In this document: positions 15,976-25,939 of the stretch, one piece after another
How the letters are laid out: each line of letters opens with the position of its first letter
How positions within the stretch are numbered: the first letter of the stretch is position 1
Virus record (IMG/VR): IMGVR_UViG_3300042460_002234
Location: 1 to 53,504 of that record
DNA: 53,504 nucleotides
Reading direction: 5' to 3' (one strand)
Source of the DNA: a virus
Lineage: Duplodnaviria; Caudoviricetes
The notes under the pieces: model-generated
Database searches by the model: none
What the model saw: only the letters and a program-made list of their open reading frames with translations
Told to the model about the DNA's origin: nothing
Made by a program: the position numbers and the translations under genes

Positions 15976-18900
15976 GTGGGCTTCGGGCCGCCCGGCGGGT
16001 CCAGCGTCCCGTTCAATTTCACCGGCAGCGCCTATACGCCGCCGGCATCGGGGTCCATCGACCTCGATTTCACCGACGCGACCACGCAATACGTCTCGCC
16101 GCAGGGCTTGGACGGTAGCCTGTTCGGTGGCTCCAGCGTCGTAAATCAGGACCAGGGCGCGCTGCCAAGCGGGATTTCCGCGGGCGGCATCGGCGCTGCA
16201 ACCGTCACGTTCCGCAACCGCACGATCCAGACCGAAGGCTTCGATTCGTATCGGCACGGGCCATATCGAGTTGTTGACCAGTCGCTTCGCTTCCTGACGG
16301 CAAGTGGATTAAGCGCTGGCGCGATGGGTGAACCGCGCTCGGTGTACATCTCGTTCTACCGTCAACCGGCGGGCAACGCGATCTACTTCAACTTCGCGGG
16401 CGACCCCTACACTCCGGCGACCGGCAACGCGATCTACGGCGACTTCGTATCCACGAGCAGCTTCCGAGCGCTGTTTGTATCCGGCATCGCCCCGTCGGGC
16501 ATTGGCACGCCGCGCGCTGATCTTCAGCTCACGACGCTCGGCATCAACTCGGCCGCCTTCGGCACGGCCACGGTCGCCCGTCCGTCGCAGACGATCACCG
16601 TCAATGGCTTTGCCGCTGGTGCTTTCGGCTCGCACACTGTTGCCGTCGCCGCAGCGATCATCGCGCCGACCAGCCTTGCTGCGGGTGCATTCGGCGCGGC
16701 GACGTTTCGCAACGAGTATGAAGTGCTCCTGCCGGGCGGCATTGCGCCGCCGGTGCAGAACTCCGACGCGCAAATCCCGCCGGGCCGGCGGGTGTGGAAG
16801 GCGCCGCATATCCCGGGCACCGCTGATGACGCACGCGCCCAGGCGTTCCTCATCAACACCTTCCGCGACAACGGAGACATCTGGAACCACATCTACGGAC
16901 CGTCGGAGCCGGCGCAGCTACTCAATGCCAACGGCGAGGACATCCACGAGCTGGGCTACGCGGGTGAGTTCGATTTTATCCACGGCCGCTCGCAGAACTT
17001 CATTCCCGCCATCGTCGCTGGGTCGTGGGTGCAGACCTCGACCTCCTTCACCACCTTGCAGGTGCGCAGGAGGAACGGCTACGAGATCATCGAAAACGAG
17101 ACCTTCGATGAAAGCTCGCCTGACGGTGAGTTCTATTTCAAGGACTTCACCGAGTTCGGCGGCCGCCTGTGGGCTATCCGCGGCGGCAGCGTCGGGTTCA
17201 CCTTCGAGCTGGTCTACTGGTCCGATGGTCCGCATGATGTTCTGCCGGCGAGCATCAGCTCGGGCTCCGAGATCGCGCGCACCGCTAGCCATGCATTCGT
17301 CGGGCCCAATGCCTTCGGCGACATCCTTCGCCTCACCGGCAATGAGGAGGAGGGCTTCGGCTATAGCACCGAGACCTATGTCGGCGGCACGCTGCGCGGC
17401 GACGGCGTGTCGCCGAAGGTCTGGTCGCTCGATGGCGAGACCATCCATGTTCTTGACGAGACGACCCTCGAGGAACTGGACACCCTGGAGGTGCCCGACG
17501 CTTCGGGCGAGATCGTTGACTTCGGCGTCATCAACGGCTGTGTGCTCGTGGTGCGAACCGTCACCGAGAGCAGCGGCTTCGGCACGACCGCATGGCTGCA
17601 TGACGGCACGAGCTGGGCTCAGGTGGATCTCGACGCGATGCTGCCGGATGGCCCCATCGCCGAGTTCCCGTACAGCGATCCACCGTTCTACTTCAACGGC
17701 CGCACCAGCACGATCGGCAATGCCCTGCCGTCCGGCGGCGGCTACTACAAGACGATCACCACGCGGTTCGGCTACTTCGGCGTAGGCCGCGACTCCTTCA
17801 TCTACCACCGCTCGCCCAGGAAGACGGGGACCAATTGGTCCGGCTGGTGGGATGAGATGCGGTTCCCGCGCGGCGCGCGTGTTCTCATCGACACCGAGGG
17901 GAATGTCTACCGGCCCAAGCCCGGCTACCGTCCCGAGGACTACATCTTCGGGCACCGGCTGATCGCCGATCGCCCGCCGGTCCGTCCGGCAGGTTTCGCC
18001 GCCACCCTGTTCGGCGGGACGCGCATCGAGCTGTTCAACCGTCCTCTGCCTGTCCCCGGCACGGTGATGACCCGCTTCGGGCAGCATCTCGTCGCCTGGA
18101 GGGTCAGGTACGTTCAGCCCCAGGGCTTCACGCGAGCCGTCTTCGGCTCGCCGTCGATTGCGATCATCCCGCGGCCGACCCTGTATCCGCAAGGCATCAT
18201 GCCGCCGGGTTTCGGCACTCCGCGGATCACGCCGCACACGATCTACGCGCCGAGCTTTAGCAGCTTCGCATTCGGCTTCGGCAACGGCGGCATCGACGTG
18301 CGCAGCGTGCGGTGGCCGCAGACCATCGTGCAGTTCGATGCGTACCTCGGGCCGAAGACCACCAGCAACACGCTGGTGGAGCTGCGCAACAGGACCATCG
18401 CGCCTGTCGGCTTCGGCGTGCCGCGGTTCGGCGCCGCCGAGCTGACCGAGACCAACTACACGCGGTCTCTGAACCCGTCCGGCATGCCTGCGGGGCCGTT
18501 CGGTGCCCATGAGCTGGTGTCTCTGCGGCGCCTCCTCGAGCCCTCGAGCATCGAGGCTGGATCGGTCAGCACCTACGCGACGATCTTCCGTGACGAGTTC
18601 GGCCTGCTCTACCCGTACCCGATCAATCCGTCGGCGGTGCAGGTTGCCAGCCCGATCGTTCGGCTTCAGCGCCGGTACATCCAGCCGTCGGGCTTCACCC
18701 AGGCGCAAATCAGCTCTGCCCTGTCCGTCACGCATCGTGCGCGCCGCCTGTTCGTGCAGGGCTTCGACGCCAGCTTGCACAGCAGCGCCTCGGATGTCTC
18801 GCACGACCTCCGCTATATCAGCGTGCCGACCATGGGGCCGCTGCTCGCCTTCGGCGGCCCGAGCGTCATGCATCGGACGCGCACGGTCATCACCGTGGGC

Positions 18901-21432
18901 AGCATCGCCACCCGCTTCGGTCTTGCCCTGCTGGGCTATGACCGGCCTGTCGTGCCGGCGGGCTTCGTGGCCACCGGGTTCGGCTTGGCGAACGTCCACG
19001 ACAACAGCCAGCGGGTGGATCTGCTGGGCAACGGCATCCACGGCGACTTCGGCATGCCGACCGTGGAGCTGTACAAGCGCTACCTCCAGCAGCTCATCAC
19101 CGTAGACCGCTCCTTCGTCAGCCCGGCGCTGAGGGTCTACAACCTGCGGCAGTACCTCGCGCCATACGCCGACACGCCGACGACCTGGGGGCCGTACTTC
19201 GGCAACTTCAACCTCGTCGAGAACCGCAACCGGACGGTGCGCCCGTCCGGCTGGCTCAGCCAGAAGGTGCCGAACGGCGCGCTCATCGAGAACAAGGCCC
19301 GCGCGCTGCTGGTCAGCGGCGCGGCCCTGGGCCGCTTCGGCTCGGGCTCGGTCACGCACCGCATCCGCTACCTCTATCCTGATGGCATCGAGGCGCCGCC
19401 GATCCTGCGCTGGCTGAACGTGCGCAACAACGCGCGCATCCTTGCCGCGGCCGGCGGCGCCGTTCACAGCCTCTTCGGCACGCCGGGCGTCCTCAACCGC
19501 AACCGCTTCCTGCCGCTGCCGAGCCTTGGCGTCACGTCCACCTTCGGCATGGGCATGGTGGCGTTCCGCATCCGCGAGATCACCTTCTACCAGGGCATCC
19601 CGGCGCCGGCGATGGGCGCGGCGCACATCTACAACCTGAAGCAGTACATCAGCCCGACCGGCTTTGACTGGCCCGACGAGACCGGCGCGCATCATCTCGA
19701 GATCCACCGGACCATCATCGCACCGCGCTTCACCGTGCAGACCCGCTACGGCGAGCCCATGGTCTACAACAAGACCCCGCAGCTCTTCCAGATGGGCCGC
19801 GTCGAGACTATGTGGGGCGGAACGAAGATCCGGCTGCAATACCGCTTCCTGCCCGCGCAGGGCTCGCGCACCGATCTGTACGGGCGCCCGGATGTTTCCT
19901 ATCGCACCAAGCGGACCTACCCCCTTGGCATTCTGAGCCTGCGGATCGGCCTCCAGCGCGTCGCGCTGGTGCAGCCGGATCTACCGTTCCCGCGCTCGAT
20001 CGAGCCCATGGGCTTCTCCATCGACGACGAGTTTCACCACGGCATCGGCAGCCTGACCATCCGCGGCAACTCGCTTTTCCCGCCGGGCATCGAGGTTGAC
20101 GGGTACGGCCGGCCGACGGTCTACCTGATCGGCATCCGGCCACCGTCGATCTCGCCTGACTTCTCGTCTCAGGTTGGCTTCCCGCTGGTGAACCCGTGGT
20201 TCTCGGTACGTCCGCCGGGCATCAACCCGATCATGCCCTCGCGGACGGACAACGGCACGAACTTCGGCGGCGGGCCGAACAAGCATCGGGTGGACCCGCA
20301 CATCATTTGGTGCCGGTTCGATACTCCCACGCAGGCTCAGGAAAATCATCCTGAGTCCCGGCTGTGGACCTACATGGATACCCGGTTCTTGCCCGCCGGC
20401 GATAGCGGCCGGCGCCCGATCTTCGGCGCCACGAAGATCGAGAACAAGAACCGCACGATCCGGCACATTCACGGCAGCAGCAGCTCGACGCCGGGCATCT
20501 TCACCCGGTATGGGCTTGCCACCGTGGCGCTGCGCTGCCAGTACGTCCGCCCGGCCGGCTTCAGGGCGTTCAAGCAGGGTATCCCCGAGCTGTTCGGCGG
20601 CACGCGGCTCTTCCAGTTCTACGGCTTCGACATGAGCCTGTTCGGCCTCCCGACCGTGGACTTCTATGTCGCGCCCGGCACGCCGCGCACCCTGCGACCG
20701 GCCGGTCTCCTATCCTACGTGACCGGCGCTCCGGTCATCCAGCTCAAGAACCGGACGCTGCGCCCCTCCGGGATTGCCCCGATCTCCGTTCCCCGGCCCA
20801 CCCGCATCGGGCCGCCGATCTATCCAGCGCCGGCAGGGATTGCTGCGGCCGTGTTCGGCACGGCCTGGGTGTCGCTGTACATCCGTACCGTATTCGCCGA
20901 GGGGCAGGATCAGGCGTTGGTCGGGTACAGCTTCGGGTCGTTCTTGCAGCGGATGCGCGTACGGCACCGGGACCGCTACACGGTCGGGGGGATCGTCTTT
21001 ACGCAGTTCGGCGCGGCCTCGGTGGTGTCGCGCGTCCAGGGCATCCGGCAGACCGACGAGATCCAGCGCGGCGGGGTCGGCATCCCCGCATGTTCTACGC
21101 GGAACATCATCGCCCTGGGCGGCCTGGGCTTGGATGCTGGTGCATTCGGCGACGTGGACCGCTGGGAGGCCGGCAAGCTCAAGCCGCACGGTGACAACCT
21201 CGCACGCTATGGGTTGCCTCGCACGAAGAGAGGTATCAATACCGTCGGGATCAACGGCGTGTTCGGTGCCCCGCGTGTTGCACGGCCCATCCGTCCCGAT
21301 GGGTTCGCCTCGCTGGTCACTGGCACGCCCGCGGCCCCGCTGGCGAACCCGCACGGCTGCGGCAGCACGGCACGAGCAATCGTGCCGCCGCCGCTTCCTA
21401 CCGCGGGATTCGGCTCACCGACCATTCAGTGA
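15976..21432 (+). CDS. Large repeat-rich virion protein (1818 aa)
   Basis: Dozens of ~23-27-aa repeats resembling hxPxG(F/I)xxxxFGxxxh, plus one non-repetitive acidic insert. Confidence 0.85.
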   Translation: MGFGPPGGSSVPFNFTGSAYTPPASGSIDLDFTDATTQYVSPQGLDGSLFGGSSVVNQDQGALPSGISAGGIGAATVTFRNRTIQTEGFDSYRHGPYRVVDQSLRFLTASGLSAGAMGEPRSVYISFYRQPAGNAIYFNFAGDPYTPATGNAIYGDFVSTSSFRALFVSGIAPSGIGTPRADLQLTTLGINSAAFGTATVARPSQTITVNGFAAGAFGSHTVAVAAAIIAPTSLAAGAFGAATFRNEYEVLLPGGIAPPVQNSDAQIPPGRRVWKAPHIPGTADDARAQAFLINTFRDNGDIWNHIYGPSEPAQLLNANGEDIHELGYAGEFDFIHGRSQNFIPAIVAGSWVQTSTSFTTLQVRRRNGYEIIENETFDESSPDGEFYFKDFTEFGGRLWAIRGGSVGFTFELVYWSDGPHDVLPASISSGSEIARTASHAFVGPNAFGDILRLTGNEEEGFGYSTETYVGGTLRGDGVSPKVWSLDGETIHVLDETTLEELDTLEVPDASGEIVDFGVINGCVLVVRTVTESSGFGTTAWLHDGTSWAQVDLDAMLPDGPIAEFPYSDPPFYFNGRTSTIGNALPSGGGYYKTITTRFGYFGVGRDSFIYHRSPRKTGTNWSGWWDEMRFPRGARVLIDTEGNVYRPKPGYRPEDYIFGHRLIADRPPVRPAGFAATLFGGTRIELFNRPLPVPGTVMTRFGQHLVAWRVRYVQPQGFTRAVFGSPSIAIIPRPTLYPQGIMPPGFGTPRITPHTIYAPSFSSFAFGFGNGGIDVRSVRWPQTIVQFDAYLGPKTTSNTLVELRNRTIAPVGFGVPRFGAAELTETNYTRSLNPSGMPAGPFGAHELVSLRRLLEPSSIEAGSVSTYATIFRDEFGLLYPYPINPSAVQVASPIVRLQRRYIQPSGFTQAQISSALSVTHRARRLFVQGFDASLHSSASDVSHDLRYISVPTMGPLLAFGGPSVMHRTRTVITVGSIATRFGLALLGYDRPVVPAGFVATGFGLANVHDNSQRVDLLGNGIHGDFGMPTVELYKRYLQQLITVDRSFVSPALRVYNLRQYLAPYADTPTTWGPYFGNFNLVENRNRTVRPSGWLSQKVPNGALIENKARALLVSGAALGRFGSGSVTHRIRYLYPDGIEAPPILRWLNVRNNARILAAAGGAVHSLFGTPGVLNRNRFLPLPSLGVTSTFGMGMVAFRIREITFYQGIPAPAMGAAHIYNLKQYISPTGFDWPDETGAHHLEIHRTIIAPRFTVQTRYGEPMVYNKTPQLFQMGRVETMWGGTKIRLQYRFLPAQGSRTDLYGRPDVSYRTKRTYPLGILSLRIGLQRVALVQPDLPFPRSIEPMGFSIDDEFHHGIGSLTIRGNSLFPPGIEVDGYGRPTVYLIGIRPPSISPDFSSQVGFPLVNPWFSVRPPGINPIMPSRTDNGTNFGGGPNKHRVDPHIIWCRFDTPTQAQENHPESRLWTYMDTRFLPAGDSGRRPIFGATKIENKNRTIRHIHGSSSSTPGIFTRYGLATVALRCQYVRPAGFRAFKQGIPELFGGTRLFQFYGFDMSLFGLPTVDFYVAPGTPRTLRPAGLLSYVTGAPVIQLKNRTLRPSGIAPISVPRPTRIGPPIYPAPAGIAAAVFGTAWVSLYIRTVFAEGQDQALVGYSFGSFLQRMRVRHRDRYTVGGIVFTQFGAASVVSRVQGIRQTDEIQRGGVGIPACSTRNIIALGGLGLDAGAFGDVDRWEAGKLKPHGDNLARYGLPRTKRGINTVGINGVFGAPRVARPIRPDGFASLVTGTPAAPLANPHGCGSTARAIVPPPLPTAGFGSPTIQ

Positions 21433-21438
21433 ACGGAA

Positions 21439-22608
21439 ATGACTGACGCAGCGCTGCCGCCCTTCACGGTCGGCATCGACATGATCTCGGACGAAACGGC
21501 GCTGCCGCGCGGCGCCGTGCGCGATGCCGTGAATGTCGAGTTCGACGCTGATGGTCGCGCCCGTAGGCGCCCCGGGGCAGCCCTGATCGAAGACGGAAAC
21601 TTTCACAGCTTGTGGCGTGGCAAAGCTTTTGCTTTTTGCATCCGCGGGACCGAGCTTTGCCGAGTAGACAGCACGGGCGTCACGCCGCTGGCAACCATTC
21701 CGTCTTCGGCGCCGGTCTCGTATGCGGACCTTCTCGATGTCGTAGTGGCATCGAATGTCGGATGGATCGGAAAGGTTGATGCAAGCGGTTCTGTCTCCCC
21801 CCTGGGCGTCGAGGACGGCAGACTCGGCCCTGTTGAGGCTGTTGGCTTCGGTGGTTTGGCTGCTGGTCGCTACGGCGTCGCTGCATCCTTTCGGCGTGGT
21901 GATGTGGAGGGCGGCCTCTCCGACATCCGGTTCCTCGACGTTGGAGCCGGTGGCGGCATCAGCGTCAATCTCTCGCAGCCGCTTGACCCTGGCATTACCG
22001 CCATCCGACTCTACCGCACGACCACGGACGGGGATACGCTCTATCGGGCCGACGATGTTCCGGTCGGCCTCATGTCCTACGCCATCGGGGGCTCGCCCGT
22101 CGGGCGCGTCGCCGATAACCAATGGCTGCGGCAAATGCCGCCCGGCAACATCGTCCGTGCATGGCGTGGCCGATTGCTGGTGGCGCGAGGTCGCTCGGTT
22201 TTCATCTCTGAGCCGCTGCGCTACGGCTTGTACTCGCCTCGCCATGGCTTCGTACAAGAACCCCATCCCATCACCATGCTCGCGCCGGTGGACGGCGGGG
22301 TGTTCGTGGGTACGCGCGCTGGCGTCGTCTTTTACCAAGGAGCCCGCCCGGGCGACTGGACGCGCAGCGTTCTAGGCACGGCGCCGCCGGTTCCCGGTAG
22401 CGACGTTCTCATCCAGACCAATTTACTGAGTCCCAGGCTCCAGCTTGGGACGACGAGCGAGGCCGCCCTGTGGCTCTCGCCGAAGGGATTCGTCCTCGGT
22501 TTGCCCGATGGACAGCTCTTGCAGCCCCAAGTGGACCGCATCGAGCTTTCCGCGCAGCAAGGCCGCACGGCGATGCTCGGCCGACAGGCTGTTTCAGTTG
22601 TTCAATAG
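21439..22608 (+). CDS. Tail protein, possible nozzle/stabilisation-type
   Basis: GIDMISDETALPRGAVRDAVNV...RRRPG N-terminus resembles podovirus nozzle/stabilisation proteins; beta-rich. Confidence 0.6.
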   Translation: MTDAALPPFTVGIDMISDETALPRGAVRDAVNVEFDADGRARRRPGAALIEDGNFHSLWRGKAFAFCIRGTELCRVDSTGVTPLATIPSSAPVSYADLLDVVVASNVGWIGKVDASGSVSPLGVEDGRLGPVEAVGFGGLAAGRYGVAASFRRGDVEGGLSDIRFLDVGAGGGISVNLSQPLDPGITAIRLYRTTTDGDTLYRADDVPVGLMSYAIGGSPVGRVADNQWLRQMPPGNIVRAWRGRLLVARGRSVFISEPLRYGLYSPRHGFVQEPHPITMLAPVDGGVFVGTRAGVVFYQGARPGDWTRSVLGTAPPVPGSDVLIQTNLLSPRLQLGTTSEAALWLSPKGFVLGLPDGQLLQPQVDRIELSAQQGRTAMLGRQAVSVVQ

Positions 22609-22618
22609 GAGATCTGCA

Positions 22619-23212
22619 ATGCGCAACAACATCAACAAGAGCGTCGCGGCGGCGGTTCGCAATGCCCTCGATCGCGGTGACTTCATCCTGGCCGATGACG
22701 GTCTCATCCTGCCGCGCGAGGGCATCCGTGCGCGCGGCACCTACTTCCACTCCGTCAACGGTGAAGACGAGCGGATCGACCACAACCTGATCCCCGACGC
22801 GGGCATCCTGTCGATCCTGAACGTCTACTTCGGTGCGACCGCCAAGATCAACGCCTTCTATCTGGCGCTGTTCTCGGGTGCCGTGAACCCGCCCGCCAAC
22901 CTGACGGCCGCGAACTTCGCCGCGACGATGACGGAGATCACCTCCAACACCGAGGGCTACTCGCAGGTCACGCGCCCGCAGTTCGTCTCGAGCCCGGCGT
23001 CGGCCGGCACCATCGGCAACCTGTCCAACAAGGCGCAGTTCAGCATCGTCTGCACGACCTCGATCACGGTCAACGGTGCTGCGATGCTGTCGGACAACAC
23101 GAAGGGCGGAACGGCCGGCGTGCTGCCGTCGTGCTCGCGCTTCGCCTCGGCGCGCACGCTGTTCAACGGCGACACCTTCGAGCTGGGCTACACCGTCACC
23201 CTCACGGGCTAA
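22619..23212 (+). CDS. Small beta-rich virion protein, second probable fibre subunit
   Basis: ATG 22619 after AGGAG; HNLIPDAG...FYLALFSG...EGYSQVTRP...RFASARTLFNGDTFELGYTV; strong codon bias. Confidence 0.75.
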   Translation: MRNNINKSVAAAVRNALDRGDFILADDGLILPREGIRARGTYFHSVNGEDERIDHNLIPDAGILSILNVYFGATAKINAFYLALFSGAVNPPANLTAANFAATMTEITSNTEGYSQVTRPQFVSSPASAGTIGNLSNKAQFSIVCTTSITVNGAAMLSDNTKGGTAGVLPSCSRFASARTLFNGDTFELGYTVTLTG

Positions 23213-25939
23213 GTGGAACTCCAGCATCACGGCATTGCGCGGATCTCCATCGAAGGCGACATTGAGGCTGGACGTGCCTACATCCCCAAGGCGCAGCAAC
23301 TTCTGGAGGGGCTGCTTAACCGGATGCGGTTGGGCGGCCTCTCCAGCGGCGCGATTGCGCAGCGGTTGGATGACAACGTTTACGCCTACGCCCGTGTCGC
23401 CGGCAGCATCAATGCCGTTCGGATCGTAGCCGGAGATCAGATCGAACGCCCTCGGGAAGAGAGGGTGGCCCTTGGCGCGCCCGATTTCGTCAGCGGCATC
23501 ATCACGGGCTCGACGATCGAAGAGAAGCAAGACCTCTTCACCAAGCGCACGATCAAGTATCTCAAGCGGTTCTACCCCACCCAGCAGACCGCAAAGACCC
23601 ACCGCGATCTGAAGCCGGATCAGCCCCAGGGCATCGAGCGGCTTGCCGTGGAGCCATACGACGGCTTCCCCGAACTCCAGACGCCCACCGGCTCGCCGCT
23701 GGTCTACAGCCAGTACACCCGGCTCCGGCCGACCATGTACTCCGGGAAGATGAAGCGCGTCGTGCAGGCCCTCATGGGCTTCGGCAAGCAGCTCCCGCGC
23801 GAGAGTCAGACCGGCCAGGACGAAAACCAGCCTATCCCCGACGGCGAGGGCGTCATCAACGTCACGCGCAGCCGGTCCATATACGCCAAGGTGTTCAGCG
23901 AGATGATGACGCCGGAGGAGCGGCTGCGGGAAAAGAAGCGCCAGCCCACCCGCTACGAGCGCGATGTGGCGAAGGACGGTCTACAGCTCCGCTACGACTA
24001 CCGCTTCATGCGAACGCACGGCATCTACACCGCCCCGGACGACACGCTCTGGCTGGTGGAGATCGGTATCAACCGCGGCGTGCTGGCCATGCCGCTACCG
24101 CTTCACCCGCTCACCGTGCGGCCGCCGGACCCGGAGGCAGGCGAGCAACCGGAGCCCTGGAAGTTCTACGAGGCCCTGGAAGAGCTGGAGATCGACACGG
24201 GCGACCCGAACAACCCGCTCATCGTGCGCGACGAGGACGGCCTGCGTGTGCTCGATGAATTCGGCGGCTTCCCGACGGGTGAGTCGTTCCCCGTTGACCG
24301 GAAGATACTGGACGCGATGATCCGCGCAGGCGAAGTGCTCGAGCTGCTGAAGGCCGAGGACATGCGCCCGTTCTACGAAAACAGCTACTACTCGAGCGCG
24401 ATGGGCTGGGCCTTTTCCGAGTCCGGGAAGGAGGCCCACAACACCGCCTACTACTTCGGCGACGACGACGTGCAGCGCGGGGTTCACTACGCGGCCAACT
24501 TCGACATCGGCGCGGTGATCGAGCTTGAGCCGGTGCCCGGCGCGGTGGCCGTCGCCGAGCGCGCGAAGGGCGCGGCGTCGGAGCTGGAAAACGGCGCGGA
24601 CCTCGCGCCGATCCTCGAGCGCAAGGCACTGCGCCTCTCCGAGACGCAGGTCAGAGACCTCTTGTACATCGAGAACCAGAAGGAGTTCGCCGAGACCCTG
24701 AACGCGATGAAGGTAGACCCCATCGCGGTTGGTAGTGCCAAGGTGAGCCTCCAGCGCGAAGGGCTGCTCATCAATCCAGGCAAGAGCCCACCGTACCAGA
24801 TCAAATTCCACGAGCCGCTGCTGGGATTCCTGCTTTCGCACGACTTCCTGCCTGGATTTGCGGGGCGCGACGTTCGCAAGCCCTGCGACACGGCCATGCA
24901 CGTGTTTTTCGCGGGCGAAGAGCTGAAGTGGGTTCGGTACTTCTTCGACCCTACGGAGAACGATCCCGGGGAGACGGTGGAGTCCGACTTCGAGGAGTGC
25001 ATGCTGGTCGGCAGTTGGACGCGCACGACCTCGAGCGGGACCCGCGCGATCGCCCGTGGCTTCTACACGGGCGACTACGACGACCGCGAAGAACTCGCAG
25101 GATCAGTCCGCACCGAGAAAGTGAAGTCCGAGGCGATGGGCATCACGAGTGTTTCCGTCGGCGACGACCCCTCGGACATCCGACGCAACTACATCATCCG
25201 CACGTACACGTTCAAGCGGAGGATGGAGATCACCCTGGAGAACGGCAATTTCATCTACACGGGCATTGCGGTGCCTGGATACACGCGCGAGGCGTACTAC
25301 ATGGCGCACATGCGCTACATGGAGAACTTCTTTAGGAATGTGAGCTACGGCTACACCTCGCAAGGCGACCCTCACAGCGCGGAGGGCTGGCGCTGCATTG
25401 TTTCAACCGCCGGCTTCGCCTTCTGGCCGGCCGATATGGAGGAGTGCGGGCCCGGTTGCGAGACGCGCGCCGGTGTTCCCGTGTCGCCCTACAACCCCCG
25501 CGTTGCCCGATTCATCAATTACGACCCCTTCCCGTGCAGTGACTACACCGACCGCGGGCCCTGGGTGTTCAAGTGCGACAACCTCGATGCCCTGGTCTAC
25601 AGCGTCCCCTTGCCGCCGCTGCCACCCACGGAAAACGAGACGGTCCCGCGCAAGGCCACGCTGACGGTCCGGCTGGTCACGGGCGGCGAACCGCTCAATC
25701 GCACGGTGCTGACGCGCAACTATGCCGATGCGAGCTGGGCGCTCCCGCTCTGGTTCGTCCCGAGCCCCGGCGAGTTTAACTTCGAGCAGTTCATCTTCAG
25801 CACCTTCAGTGCCCTTGGCGACAAGCCCAACGCAGTGTTCGACAAGGACATCAACGACACCGACGGCTCTATGCGTTACGGCTCGCCGACGTTCAATGAT
25901 ATGTACGGCACCAACACCTGCTACATCGGAGTGCTCTAA
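23213..25939 (+). CDS. Large virion/tail protein of unknown function (908 aa)
   Basis: Long ORF abutting both neighbours; several Cys in C-terminal third. Confidence 0.8.
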   Translation: MELQHHGIARISIEGDIEAGRAYIPKAQQLLEGLLNRMRLGGLSSGAIAQRLDDNVYAYARVAGSINAVRIVAGDQIERPREERVALGAPDFVSGIITGSTIEEKQDLFTKRTIKYLKRFYPTQQTAKTHRDLKPDQPQGIERLAVEPYDGFPELQTPTGSPLVYSQYTRLRPTMYSGKMKRVVQALMGFGKQLPRESQTGQDENQPIPDGEGVINVTRSRSIYAKVFSEMMTPEERLREKKRQPTRYERDVAKDGLQLRYDYRFMRTHGIYTAPDDTLWLVEIGINRGVLAMPLPLHPLTVRPPDPEAGEQPEPWKFYEALEELEIDTGDPNNPLIVRDEDGLRVLDEFGGFPTGESFPVDRKILDAMIRAGEVLELLKAEDMRPFYENSYYSSAMGWAFSESGKEAHNTAYYFGDDDVQRGVHYAANFDIGAVIELEPVPGAVAVAERAKGAASELENGADLAPILERKALRLSETQVRDLLYIENQKEFAETLNAMKVDPIAVGSAKVSLQREGLLINPGKSPPYQIKFHEPLLGFLLSHDFLPGFAGRDVRKPCDTAMHVFFAGEELKWVRYFFDPTENDPGETVESDFEECMLVGSWTRTTSSGTRAIARGFYTGDYDDREELAGSVRTEKVKSEAMGITSVSVGDDPSDIRRNYIIRTYTFKRRMEITLENGNFIYTGIAVPGYTREAYYMAHMRYMENFFRNVSYGYTSQGDPHSAEGWRCIVSTAGFAFWPADMEECGPGCETRAGVPVSPYNPRVARFINYDPFPCSDYTDRGPWVFKCDNLDALVYSVPLPPLPPTENETVPRKATLTVRLVTGGEPLNRTVLTRNYADASWALPLWFVPSPGEFNFEQFIFSTFSALGDKPNAVFDKDINDTDGSMRYGSPTFNDMYGTNTCYIGVL

